Assembly (NCBI RefSeq): GCF_006345805.1
Contig: NC_042997.1
Location: 85,312,001-85,376,000 of the forward strand
From: Octopus sinensis
Taxonomy: Eukaryota
Reading direction: 5' to 3'
Length of the DNA stretch: 64,000 bases
Part shown: piece by piece, positions 41,702-54,262 of the stretch
How positions within the stretch are numbered: the first letter of the stretch is position 1
Layout of the letters: each line of letters begins with the position of its first letter
Position numbers and translations under genes: made by a program
Notes under the pieces: generated by a model
Database searches by the model: none
What the model was told of the DNA's origin: nothing
The model's input: the letters and a program-made list of their open reading frames with translations, nothing else

Positions 41702-42336
41702 TAGTAGTAGTAGTTGTTGTTGTTGTTGTTGTCGTTTGTTTCATTTCGTGACCGAGATAATGCTTTCTCTTCTATGCAATTGTTATAATTACTGCAGCGA
41801 AGCAGAGGAGTTTTCTGAAACACAAAATCCTTTTCAGTAAGTTAATTAAATAATTTCATAGCCTTTAAACTGTTTCAGGTGTTGGTGCTTTTTTGTTTTT
41901 GTTTTGTTTTGTAATAACCTGTTGGTTTTTATATAGGAAGAGTCAGACCCTTAGTTAACACGGGTATATTAAATATTATCCACCACCGCTACGACCACTT
42001 CACAAACACATACACACATACACACACACGCACGCACGCACACGCACACGCACACACGCACTCTCTCTCTCTCTCGCTTTCACACTTGTTACTTTTTCTC
42101 TTATAGCTGTCTCGTTCTAACACAACACGAATACATACATTGAAACATACACCCATACATCATGCGGGTATGGGTGACGTACACGCACATACACACATAC
42201 ATACACACATACGTATATAGACACGTGTACGCACACAGAGACACACACATGCACACACGCACATGCATGAGCGCGCACGTACACACACACACACATTTGT
42301 GCACTTACGTAAACCCCGGAGTCGCAGTTCACTTAC

Positions 42337-42420
42337 CTGAAGCTGCACCGAGTGGCCGAGAAAAACACTTAGCAATCAATAACTCCAGGTCTCCTTGTTA
42401 CAAATAGCCAGTTAATAAGA
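42337..42420 (-). other. Candidate upstream (non-coding) exon end
   Basis: Perfect CAG|GTAAGT donor at 42337/42336, an alternative GTAAGT 28 nt downstream (42308) and another at 42466, in unique sequence. 5' boundary unknown. Confidence 0.4.
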
Positions 42421-42894
42421 ACACTTATATGCTATAGAAGTGATAAGTGTCTCTATCTTTACTTACAGCTTAGTTTACACACTCCAATGAACTTGCAGTA
42501 GTAGAAGTCAGATACAATATTTTCTCACGGCAAGTGTTTTTGTGTGAGTGATAAGCACTATTCTAGGACCTCCATTGGTTCAGCCAAAACACAATAAGCA
42601 TCAGCACCTGTGTACACAGGTGCTGATACTTTTTTTTAACAGCTGCTTGTGCATTCAAGTGTCTCTTTCTCGTGCCAATAATGTTCTCCAAAGGAATACT
42701 AGCACTCCAAGGTGACACAGCATAGCACCTGTGTGGTCGATGCTGTTTCTGTCAGGATGCCAACAACCAGAACGGATACCGAATGAAGACAACCTGAACC
42801 GATGATACGAACGAGTGTGAGTTTCCAATCATAGCTATTTTATTTGTTCTTGCAGAAAAGTTATGATTGTCAATATGAATGAAATTAATATGAA

Positions 42895-44010
42895 GTTGTC
42901 CTCGCGTCAACTCTCTTCAGCATCTTCATCAGCATGATGCTCTTGCTGGCCACTGCAAACCTCGATGCGATGGCGTCTACATTAGGTACCCTGGATGGCC
43001 GTCTTTTCAACCTCCGGCGCCTAGAAGCATACACCAAGATCCAAGAGTAACTGATTCATGACCTCCTCTTTGCAGATGATGCTGCACTTGTCGCGCACAC
43101 AGAAAGAGCCCTGCAGCGCATTACATCCTGTTTTGCAGAGGCCACTCAGCTCTTCGGGCTGGAAGTAAGCTTGAAAAAGACTGAAGTCCTACACCAACCA
43201 GCTCCTCAAGAAGAGTACAGCCCGTACCGAAACAGAACTGAAGTCAGTACAGCAGTCCACTTATCTTGGATGTACCATCTCATCAGATGCGAGTATCAAC
43301 AAAGAAATTGACAGCAGACTCGCAAAGGCAAGCAAAGCATTTGGTAGACTGTATAAGCGTGTGTGGAACAACAAGCATATTAAGATCGGCACAAAATGTC
43401 AGCGGCTACAGGGCTGCCGTTCTCACGACGCTTCTATATGGCTCTGCGTCCTAGGTCTCCTACTTCTATCATCTCAAGCTCCTTAAACCTTTTCACCAAC
43501 GCTGCTTCCGTACCATCCACAACATTTACTGAAGCGACTGCATCATCAACACTGAAGTCCTCGAGCGAGCAAAGGTCACCAGCTTGGAAGCCATTTTACT
43601 TGAGACATGACTACGTTGGGCAGGGCACGTTGACAGGATGTATGGTGAGCTCACTACTGGTCAACGCAAGAGGGTAGCACCATGGTAGCGTTGCAAGGAC
43701 TGCCTGAAGCAGTCCCTTAGCATTTGTGACATTGCTTATCGCGAGTGGTCTACTCTTACAGCTGACCGTGTCACTCGGTGCCATACCATCAGCGATGTTG
43801 TTTCTTCCTTTGAGATCTCTCGCAGTTCCTCTGATGAAGACAAACGTCAGAGGCGAAAAAATAATGCAACTGTATCATGAGACCCTGAACAACCATACCT
43901 CTGTCGTCACTACAATCGGATATGTCGATCCCACATCGGCCTTATCAGCCACGAATGAGAGTGCAGACGACGTGGACAGCAGCCTTCGTCAGCGAAGCAA
44001 TTGCCAAGAA
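42895..44010 (+). mobile_element. 5'-truncated RTE-clade LINE (RT C-half and 3' zinc finger)
   Basis: TLFSIF...LDGRLFNLRRL...LLFADDAAL...GLEVSLKKT...YLG...TLLYG...LRWAGHV...CRSHIGLISH. Confidence 0.92.
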
Positions 44011-44427
44011 ACAAGAAGGAAAATATGAAAGAACATACATATTTTGCTAATGTTTTAGTCAGGAGGAAAGAACAGTGTTCATGATCCTTCTGAAAATGGT
44101 GACATTGATACGGAGGACACTCTGTTCGAATATCGATCTTATAAAGGAAACGATGTCGGCGAGAGGAGGGATTTCAGAGGGTTATCGTTCTTGAGAGAAA
44201 TGATTGAGACTATGGTTAATGTGATGCCTGGGAGGTCCTGGGTAGCTCTGGCATCTATTCTTACTCTTTGGTGGACGTCATGAAAAATACTTAACTTCTA
44301 AATAATAATCGTTAAAATGTACTGAAGTTCAACTCTCATTCAGAGAACATACAACATGTAAATTAAGGCCGAAGATGAAGTACACTGACTCAAAATCGCA
44401 ATATTTTAACTTATGGCTTGACGGCAC

Positions 44428-45090
44428 CGCTGGATTAACCCATTAAGCAAAATAAGCACGTGCTTAGGACATCAAGGGATGGAGGCACCGCAGAAATCAC
44501 AATGTTTTGCGGATAAGGCGACGAGCTGGCAGAAACGTTAGCATGTCGGGCAAAATGCTTAGCAGTATTTCGTCTTGTCTTTATGTTCTGAGTTCAAATT
44601 CCGCCGATGTCGACTTTGCCTTTCATCCTTTCGGGGTTGGTAAATTAAGCACCAGTTACGCACTGGCGTCGATGTAATCGACTTAATCCCTTTGTCTGTC
44701 CTTGTTTGTCCCCTCTATGTTTAGCCCCTTGTGGCCAACAAAGAAATAAGAAATAAAAATGGTTCGCGGCACGAAAGAATTCACTTTAAACCTGCTAAAA
44801 TAATATTCGTAATGTCTTATATTTGCTAAGTATAGAAGCAGAAAGTTTACATAAAAGTAATTTTAACGACATCATCGAACGCTTTGCAATTAAAAAAAAA
44901 GAAAAACGGAAATCTTTTCAAATAGAAATAAAGTGGAAGCATACAAAAATAAACATTATTTTCCATCTTACTGTGAATTTTATTTCATTTTGAAAAATAA
45001 GAATTTATTTTATGGTTTATTATCGTTTACATTTTTAATTATTTTTGTTTACATTTCGAACCATTTACATATAGTTGAGGGCACCGCTCT
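44428..45090 (+). mobile_element. Internally deleted hAT (Tip100-like) element interrupted by a SINE
   Basis: ggattaacccattaagcaaaataagcacgtgcttagg end-like motif; LLSIEAE...FNDIIERFAIKK hAT C-terminus at about 44822-44920. Confidence 0.5.
44517..44757 (+). mobile_element. SINE family A with Tx1-like 3' tail
   Basis: gagctggcagaa A-box, gagttcaaattcc B-box, gcctttcatcctttcgggg central domain. Degenerate TSD aaatcacaatgttttgcgg (44494) / aaataaaaatggttcgcgg (44751). Confidence 0.85.
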
Positions 45091-46914
45091 TGAACACTGA
45101 CCTGATGTTGCTTGAATCACAGATCTGAATTTTTTCCCGACGTGCACGTTATGTAAGGCAGACTGACAGAGGCAGCTCAGCCCTCGTATTTCTGACATTG
45201 GTAGCTGATACTAGGCTTCCAGAATTGTTGTTACTATGCAGAGTTTTCCTAAACTTGATAATTTCTTGTTGGCTTTTGTGTAGGTCGCTGTTGTTAGCTT
45301 ATATGTAGGTCACAGATGAATCCTATCGTCACACTCTACGGATGATGGGAATCAAAGTTCGATTATTACTGGCGAAATATGAGTTTGCCATTTGCGGATG
45401 CGGAAATTCATATGCGATGCAAGGTTATTAGCACATCCAGTAAAGCCAATTTATTATCTTTTTTCTCTCCTATAGTGAACGACACTTGACGTGCAATCAA
45501 CAATGAGGCAAATTAGCAGAGTTGACCGAGTATCGGGCAGAATATCTTGCAGTATTTGTTTCAGTTCTTTTCGATCTGAGTTCAAATCCTATCGCTGTCA
45601 ATTTTGCCATCCTTTTGGAGTCGATAAATAAGTTTCCAGTGATGTTCTTGTCCCAATTTTGTTTTTGTTTTCTTGTCTCACCTTCCTTTTCCTTGTTTCA
45701 TGAGAGGGTTCGCGGGGCACCATGTATAATTCACGCCATCAACTTCCCCCCCCCCCCCCACCACCACCTCCACCAGAACAACCAAATGGAGAAAGATTGA
45801 GGGAATGGTTTGGAACATCTCATAACATGTTACTGGAAATGTGAAGGTCGGACTGATGTGCAGTATAGCACGGAACGGAAATAAAGAAGAAGAAAAAATT
45901 TAAAGAACTGAATGTGTCAGTACGTTGGAATGGGTCATTATAATTTTAATAGGCTAAAATGAAAACATATCTTCACCATTAATCATTGGTTCATTTGGTT
46001 ACATTACTTGATGTATAAACAGCAAGTAATGATTTCTTAGGATGTAATGAAATACATAACCTAAATTCTGTAAATTAAATGTGCAAGTCGTTAATGTTTA
46101 TTTTTAATTTGCAAATAATCAACCTTTTGCCTGTCACGTATATTACATGTGATACACAGAACATATTTGCCTGTTGTCCATGCATCATATAAGATACAGG
46201 CTCCCAATTTTTTCAACCACCAGAGTAACTTGAATCTTATGAAAGGAAAAGCTTTTTATTACTCAGAACGTATGAAACAAGGGCTAACTAGAAGTCTGAA
46301 AACAAGCATGGTTATTTAGGATAAACTTAAATGCTTTGGATGGGAAAAGGATTAATTCATGTTCTAACGTGAAGTAATTTATTTGTATACGTATGAAATT
46401 TTAATTAATTATGTGGATTGTACTAAAATAATAAGTTAAGAGTTATATAAACACGCAAAAAATGTACAGAGAGTAATTTCCTTCGTAATAAACATTTAGT
46501 CAGTTAGTTAATAAGTTAATTAGCTAATTAATTGCTTACTCATTTAGTCCGTTTGTTTATATTTATCTCCGTTTGTAATTTCAAATATTTATCAACAAGT
46601 TGTAGGATAAATGAAGGCGGTGCCGTTGTGATGTTTTCCGTTAAAGAAATATTACAAGTAATCATATATATGATAACTATTTTAATGCATCCATTTATCA
46701 AGAATATTAAATGAAATATGAATTATTTGAACTTCTTTTTAAAATTATGAACACGCTATATACATAGTTATTTCAAGAATGCATAATGCATTTTGAAGTG
46801 ATTTATTATTTATGAATACCGGACGATCCGAACAAAAAAGATTAAGCAAACTACATCTCTGTGCGTGTGTGCACGCATGTGTGCGTGAATGTGTGTGTGA
46901 TATACACAGACACA

Positions 46915-46994
<80 letters not shown>

Positions 46995-47384
46995 GGTGGA
47001 GGCGCAATGGCCCAGTGGTTAGGGCAGCGGACTCGCGGTCATAGGATCGCGGTTTCGATTCCCAGACAGGGCGTTGTGAGTGTTTATTGAGCGAAAACAC
47101 CTAAAAGCTCCACGAGGCTCCGGCAGGGGAGGGTGGTGATCCCTGCTGTACTCTTTCACCACAACTTTCTCTCACTCTTACTCCCTGTTTCTGTTGTACC
47201 TGTATTTCAAGGGGCCGGCCTTGTCACTCTCTGTGTCACGCTGAATATCCCCGAGAGCTACGTTAAGGGTGCACGTGTCTGTGGAGTGCTTAGCCACTTA
47301 CACGTTAATTTCACGAGCAGGCTGTTCCGTTGATTCGGATCAACCGGAACCCTCATCGTCGTAACCGACGGAGTGCTTCCACCC
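46995..47384 (+). mobile_element. tRNA-derived SINE family C (CpG-rich, in (TA)n)
   Basis: A-box TGGCCCAGTGG and B-box GGTTTCGATTCC followed by about 300 bp of non-tRNA body. Confidence 0.8.
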
Positions 47385-47389
47385 ATATA

Positions 47390-47720
47390 TTCTTTTAATT
47401 GTTTCAGTCATTTGACTCTAGGACGTATTCTTTGTAGGCTTAGTCACTTATCCTATCGGTCGCTTTTGCCGAACCACTAAGTTATGGAGACGTAAACACA
47501 CCAGCATCGGTTGTCAAGCGATGTTGGGGAAACATATACATACGTATATATATATACATATACATATATACAACGAGCTTCTTTCAGTTTCCGTCTACCA
47601 AATCCACTTACAAGGCTTTGGTGGGCCCGCGTCTATAGTAGAAGACACTTGCCCAAGGTGCCATGGAACCATGTGGTTGGTAAGCAAACTACTTTCCACA
47701 CAGCCACTCCTACGCCTATA
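47390..47720 (-). mobile_element. SINE family B
   Basis: Collinear with 56985-57455. Confidence 0.8.
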
Positions 47721-47767
47721 CACACACACACACAATATATATATATAATATATATATTATATATATA

Positions 47768-47840
<73 letters not shown>

Positions 47841-47869
47841 GCCTATATATACATATATATATATATCTG

Positions 47870-48348
47870 GCTGTTGACCGGAGTGCTACTAAAACTTTCT
47901 TTCAGCTCGTGCTTTCAACAAGCATACATCGACTTCTCTGTCTTTCGCAAGCCGATTTTTCACATGCGTTCTAACTAATTTTTCCACCGTCTAGGCCTAA
48001 AAAAAGCCCTTATTGTTGGTTTCCTTGTCCTGTTATTCATTATTTGTACTGTTTTTTCTTCATTTGTATTGTTTTTACGTCCTGTTCTTGTCACTTGTTT
48101 TACCCCTCTGCAAAAGAATTTTATTTAATTCCTTTTGCAGGAAGGATTGTTTCGGCCAGGCCGTGTTCTGCCCTTACCTTCGAAACACGCATTGAGTCGA
48201 ACCAGGGGCAGCTGATGAAGGGGAATTTTCCTTGTATTGTTTGTCCTGTACTCTGTTTTTTCGTTGTTAAAAAAAGTCCGTTTCCTTGTTTGATTTTATG
48301 TTTTCGTTTCTCGTTGTGTTCTACCTTTATTTGTGGTGTCCTGTACTC

Positions 48349-48352
<4 letters not shown>
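47870..48352 (+). mobile_element. Dispersed repeat in (TA)n, possibly a PLE-like tail
   Basis: cgaaacacgc...ctgatgaagggg...gtcctgtactcatata resembles 55961-56135 and, weakly, 7820-7945. Confidence 0.4.
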
Positions 48353-48428
<76 letters not shown>

Positions 48429-48554
48429 ATATACATATAGATGTAAGAATGTACATATATGTATGTATATATGCATATGTTTTATTTATTTATTATATTG
48501 TTATTATATGACCGAACGCACGCGTTGTTTCTCTTCTCTAAGTAAGTTTTTATT

Positions 48555-48649
<95 letters not shown>

Positions 48650-48874
48650 TATATATATTATGTGAAATAGAAAGATGAATAATCTTGTAGTAGATTAATC
48701 AAAAGTTTAACCGATACCTTAGTAGCAAAAATCACAGCAGTGAACAGCACGGTTGGAGGTACAACCATCTGGCGTTGCAACCGTGCGTTGGTGCGGATAA
48801 TTGAAATTAAAACATTATTGGTGAATTGAAGAAATGGAGCTGAACGCAGATTGAACAGAAATCGTTTTATTTCA

Positions 48875-48954
48875 TTCTACACGTGTTTCGAAAGGCACAA
48901 ATTACCAAAATCCGATTGAATAATGGGACCATATTGTGTCTTTCTCTTCAGGAA
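48875..48954 (-). ncRNA. Mirror copy of the hammerhead ribozyme
   Basis: Exact reverse complement of 49647-49726. Confidence 0.75.
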
Positions 48955-49646
48955 GAAAAAAGGAAATCCGTTGGAAAAACAAAAACAGAACAGAGGCAGA
49001 GCAAAAAACAAATCGAACTGTGCTCCTAAGAGCCCATGGCGAAACTGTTTATCAGTGTATGTTGAGAACCGGTGGCTGAAGAATTCAACAGGTCAGGCAT
49101 CGGTCAACCATGTGGGTGAGGGTGTATAGATGTTCTTTGTGACCGATAATAAAGTTCTGACTATTTAAAGAATATTGGATGTTTTATAAGGGGCGAGAAA
49201 AAATCTACTTAGAGACGTGTGTGTGTGTATACTGTTCTATATATGTGTGTGTTGGCGTAGGGGTAGAAAACATTTTTTGTGTACGTGTGTGCGTTTGATC
49301 GATCAAACGCACACACGTACACAAAAAATGTTTTCTACCCCTACGCCAACACACACATATATAGAACAGTATACACACACACACGTCTCTAAGTAGATTT
49401 TTTCTCGCCCCTTATAAAACATCCAATATTCTTTAAATAGTCAGAACTTTATTATCGGTCACAAAGAACATCTATACACCCTCACCCACATGGTTGACCG
49501 ATGCCTGACCTGTTGAATTCTTCAGCCACCGGTTCTCAACATACACTGATAAACAGTTTCGCCATGGGCTCTTAGGAGCACAGTTCGATTTGTTTTTTGC
49601 TCTGCCTCTGTTCTGTTTTTGTTTTTCCAACGGATTTCCTTTTTTC

Positions 49647-49726
49647 TTCCTGAAGAGAAAGACACAATATGGTCCCATTATTCAATCGGATTTTGGTAAT
49701 TTGTGCCTTTCGAAACACGTGTAGAA
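49647..49726 (+). ncRNA. Type I hammerhead ribozyme (PLE-type)
   Basis: TTC-CTGAAGA-[gaaagacacaa/ttgtgcctttc stem II, 10 of 11 pairs]-GAAA-CACGTG-TA-GAA. Intact core, palindromic stem III (ACACGTGT), GUA cleavage triplet ending at 49723, 3-bp stem I. Confidence 0.75.
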
Positions 49727-49780
49727 TGAAATAAAACGATTTCTGTTCAATCTGCGTTCAGCTCCATTTCTTCAATTCAC

Positions 49781-49833
<53 letters not shown>

Positions 49834-49913
49834 ACATATATACATACATAAGTATATATATATATATAAGTGGAGTTTAATTGTTAACAAGGGAAAATAC
49901 ACACATATATATA

Positions 49914-50429
49914 ACGTAAATTCTCGAGTATAGTCCGCCCTTGAGTATAATACGCAGGGGATTTTTAGGGAGCTGTACATCTGAAAAATCTAAACCTTGT
50001 GTATAATACGCACCCCTTCTCTAACTTGAGTCGTGCGTAATTAAGCCAGCAGCACCTAGTCGAACAAACACTTCCGCGCATGCATAATACAATAATGGTG
50101 ATGTTCTCAACTGTTATATGGGAATGTAAATGTTTGCAAATTGTTTTTGTTACATGATATTCTGTTTTCTGAATACTTTTATTTTAATAAATGTTGCTTA
50201 CTGTAAGTTATGGATGATTCTTTTATGACTTCATTGCTTTCAGGCTAAACTTATGGTATTTTCGCGTCCATCACAAAATGCGTCTGAATAAACATTATCG
50301 GACTGCAAATAGAGACTCGGATATTGCTTAGAAAATGTTTTTCATTTTTAACCTCGTATATAGTACGCACTAGGGATTTTGACCTTTAAATTTTGGGAAA
50401 AAATGCGGATTATACACGAGGATTTACGG
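49914..50429. mobile_element. pogo/Tc2-type MITE
   Basis: TA|ACGTAAATTCTCGAGTATAGTCCGC ... GCGGATTATACACGAGGATTTACGG|TA, with subterminal gtataatacgca repeats. Confidence 0.8.
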
Positions 50430-51134
50430 TATATATAAATAGATAATTAAAAAGGAATGTAAAAATACATTACGAAGGATATATCATAAACAAGGATTAA
50501 TTATCAATGAATATATCAATGGCCAAACATGAAATAATAAATTACATAAAAGAAGAGCATTTATAATTATGAATAAATCACAATTATAACGAAGAGGGTT
50601 GCAAAAACCCTTATACGTTTAGAAATAGCAGTCAGAAACCACAATAAAGCCACTTCTATCACTCACATTTTATCTCCTCACAATAAAGCTGTCTGCGAGC
50701 GACATGACATATAAAATCCACAGTTTAAAAATAAAAAGTTAATTTTTGTAGCGGACTGGATGAAAGATGTGATATCAGGTCAATATGATATAGTCCACTA
50801 CTGAATGTAGCGTGTAAAGATTCTCGCGTCGGAGTACCAATTAACATCGAAAAATCAACACCAAAAAGGAAGAAATATTATTTACATATGTTTATTCGTT
50901 TGCTCGACAGGTAGTTAAAAAGACAGTAGCAATTCTAGAGATAGTGACAACATCGATGACTCGCTGGTTAGTAGTTGATAGCGTAGAAAATGTTGTGTGT
51001 CAGTAGAGAGGGAAAAAGTTAGGAATGCACGGTGCTGACTAGGAAGGAAGTAAGGATAGAGGTGGTATCGTCTTTCTCGCGGCCGAGGAAAGTGCTGCTC
51101 TTGGTCATAGCTGACACAAAAAAGCGTGTTGCTC

Positions 51135-51980
51135 TAGTACCTTCGGTCGAGAATTACTGGCAGTGTATCTCGCCGTCAAGCATTTTTGACACATGCTGGA
51201 AGGTCGCGTTTTCTCCATTTATACAACCATAAACCGCTGTTTTATGCCTTCAACGCCAATCCCGATCGTCACTCACCCAGGGAAGTCCGACATCTAGACT
51301 GTGTTGACAGATTTTCTTGCTGGCCGGAAGCTTTTCCCCTATCGGACACTTCTGCGAAAACTGTAGCCAAAACGCTAGTGTCTCACTGGGTTTCGCGTTT
51401 CGGCACACCCGCAACGATCACCACCGACAGAGGACGACCGTTCGATTCCCATCTTTTCACCGAGCTGACTCGTCTCCTCGGGTGTAAACACACCCGCACA
51501 ACAGCTTACCACTCCGCAGCAAATGGCATGGTTGAACGCTTTCACCGCCAACTCAATGCGGCTATAAAAGCATATCTAGACTGTTCCAACTGGTTGGAAT
51601 ATCTCCCTCTCATCCTCCTTGGTATTCAATCTATGGTTAAGGAAGGAGTTGGGCATACTCCGGCTGAATTGGTTTATGGCACGGCATTCGCCTTACCTGG
51701 GCAGATGATCGACCCTGTTTCACCACAAGACTTTCCGGACCCAGCAAAATATGTTCACCGCTTACGGACATCCATGTCGCATTTGTCCCCTGCAGGCTCC
51801 ATACAACACAACATCGCTTCACATGTCCCAAAAGACATCAATACTTGGACACATGTTTTCGTTAGAAATAATGGAATACATTCTCAACTTCGGTCACCAT
51901 ATTCAAAAAGAACCAATATATTTCGTTCTCGATATTGGAGGAAAACAAAATACTGTCTCTGTTGATCGCTTAAAAAAAAG
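51135..51980 (+). pseudogene. Ty3/Gypsy pol remnant (RNase H fused to integrase core)
   Basis: STFGRELLAVYLAVKHF*HMLEG...HKPL...RHLD, then CVDRFSCWPEA...ITTDRG...TTAYHSAANGMVERFHRQL...TVSVDRLK. Confidence 0.92.
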
Positions 51981-52930
51981 CATTCGTCGAAGAGGACTTA
52001 CTTTCAGTTCCCGCAGTTCCTCAAACGGACTCATCAACTTCACCTTCACCCATCGCAAACACCTCAGATTCTGCAGAACTCCGGCACACCAAATCACGAA
52101 GAACAGTTCGATGGCCCACAAGGTTTGTTCAAGTCTTTCGAGCAAGTACAAACATTTCACTTACTCATCTTCTCAATTATAATGTCCACAATACCCACAT
52201 CAGCAAATAAAAACAAATATTTTTTTTTCTTATGGTTATGAACAATTTACACATACATAACCCAAGTGACTCTGCATCACTCGCATACAAACCAAAAGAA
52301 AACAAAGAACATTTTGTATATATAAAAAAAACATTTTTCTATATCAACGAAAATCATTTTTTATGGACATTTTTCTGCTAATTGAACTGACTGAACATTT
52401 CACCAAACGAACTTTTTCCATGAACATTTTCATTTTTCTGTAAAATTAGATTTCCTTGCATGTACATATGTTTTGCTTTGTTTTAAAAATGATTTGCTCT
52501 CTACATCACACCTGTATGCTTACACACACTTTCACCACTCATATTTTAACGTGTGCTATCACTTGCTCTCCGCGTCACTGAAAAGCAACTTACTTGTATT
52601 AGACCTCTAGTGGCTCGCGTAATCAATAGAATTGCATATCTCCTTCAACGCGCTAGCATATTACATTTATGCTTCTGCCTACGTATATACACATTGCCTA
52701 ACATATTGCACACACCAACTCTGAACGTCGATTTTTTGCTTTCCATTTGTTTTATTTTCCATTTCTTTCACTTCCCATGTTTTTTACATGTATTCATTTG
52801 TCTGTAAATTAAACTGTATTCATTTTTCTGCATTACACACAAAATCACACATTTTCAATATCACACGCATCTGTATCGTGTGATATTGTGGCTTTCTCAC
52901 TAGAATCTCTGTGGCTTTCTCACTAGAACT

Positions 52931-53433
52931 GGGGTAGTGTAAAAACTAACACTTCCTTTTTCCGAGCTGAGATTCGAAACCGAATCTAAAGATTTTCGCT
53001 TGTCTGATCCATGAACAGGCGCGAAAGAAATTTCTTTGTCCTGTCAAAAAGTGATGGATGGATTTCCCTTCGACCTAGGGCCTGAGCCGTGTCATTTAAG
53101 GTTCAAGTGGACAGGAGGCGACCTATGTAGGTAGAAATTACTCCTGTGGTATGTCTGTCCTTCTAGCTGTCATAACCATTATAAATAGTTAGACATACGA
53201 CAGAGGCAGAGAGAGCCATCACCAAGCAGACAACCAGAAAGTAACTTGCGCCAGTCAAGCAGCCAACATAGAACCACATATTCAGCACAGTAGCAGACGC
53301 AGAACATAAACAAACACCACCGAATGACCAACGCATACACAGACACAAAACATGCCTGGTTCTACCTCATTATCGACACAGTATTTCCCCTGTTATTTCT
53401 TCTTCGGCAACTCGAAGTAAGTTGGTAATGTCA
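52931..53433 (+). mobile_element. Polypurine tract and probable 3' LTR of the Gypsy element
   Basis: GGGGTAG then TGT at 52938; TATA-like tataaata at about 53180; possible ...TGTCA end at 53433. Confidence 0.5.
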
Positions 53434-53638
53434 TGTGGTGAATGTTTTGGTGTATACAACAAGGAAATGGAAATGTCGTTTAAATAAATTATTTAAACCA
53501 CAATCAGATGCTTTCCCATTGTTTTACTTTGATGTCGTCCACATGCCTATTTCATCTGCTACTTCAACATCTTTTGCTACACCTTTCCCACTACCTCTCT
53601 ATTGCAATTGCGAAGTTAGGAACCTATCATATTATGTA

Positions 53639-54020
53639 CTGTATCTTAAAATAACAGAAATAAACAATATAACAATTCCATTCTTCTCATCAGAAGAATA
53701 TTCCTATAGATACAAACTGATACAAAATCATGCCTTGGGGCTTACATGCATTTTTACATTCCTTTTTAATTATTTAATTTTCTCACTCATATCCGGTATT
53801 TTGCTGTGGCTCGATTTACCGGTCTTTTCTCATAAACGCTGTGCATGACGTTGGAATTCAGACTTTGAATGTATAGAGGTTGACACATTATTCTTGTCAG
53901 TCGGGATACATGTAAGTCCCAAGGTATGGTTTTGTATCAATGTGTATCTATAGGAACATTCTCCTGGAGAGAAGAATGGAACTGTTATATTGTTTATATC
54001 CGTTATTATTTACGATACGG
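53639..54020. mobile_element. MITE with long (about 110 bp) TIRs
   Basis: 53639-53750 is the imperfect reverse complement of 53908-54020; TA|CYGTAT termini. Confidence 0.75.
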
Positions 54021-54215
54021 TATAAAATATACGGTATATAAATTACAATAGTGAATTAACCTTTTATTTTTTAATTGTGGATTTTATATGTCATGTCGCT
54101 CGTAGACAGCTTTGTTGTGAGGAGATGAAATGTGAGTGATAATAGTGGCTCTATAGTGGTTTTTGACTGCTATTTCAAAACATGTAAGGATTTTTCCATA
54201 ATTATAAACATTCGT

Positions 54216-54259
<44 letters not shown>

Positions 54260-54262
<3 letters not shown>

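Larger units (their letters stand above)
48661..49787. mobile_element. PLE-like fold-back element: perfect 974-bp palindrome (48814-49787) plus left-only extension
   Basis: Centre at 49300/49301 (tttgatc|gatcaaa), no spacer. Identical mirrored ORFs 48923-49129(+) and 49472-49678(-) confirm the symmetry. (TA)n on both sides. Confidence 0.85.

Noticed and set aside
42600-42627. Perfect 28-bp palindrome atcagcacctgtgtacacaggtgctgat
   Set aside because: Real but isolated; most simply a small repair-derived inversion with no further support.
46998-47070. Possible tRNA gene
   Set aside because: A and B boxes are present, but there is no proper acceptor stem and it continues into a SINE body.
48923-49678. 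Identical 68-aa ORFs on both strands
   Set aside because: A by-product of the palindrome, antisense to the ribozyme, with no recognisable domain.
50746-51070. 5' LTR of the Gypsy element
   Set aside because: It starts TGTAGCG but does not match the presumed 3' LTR at 52938.
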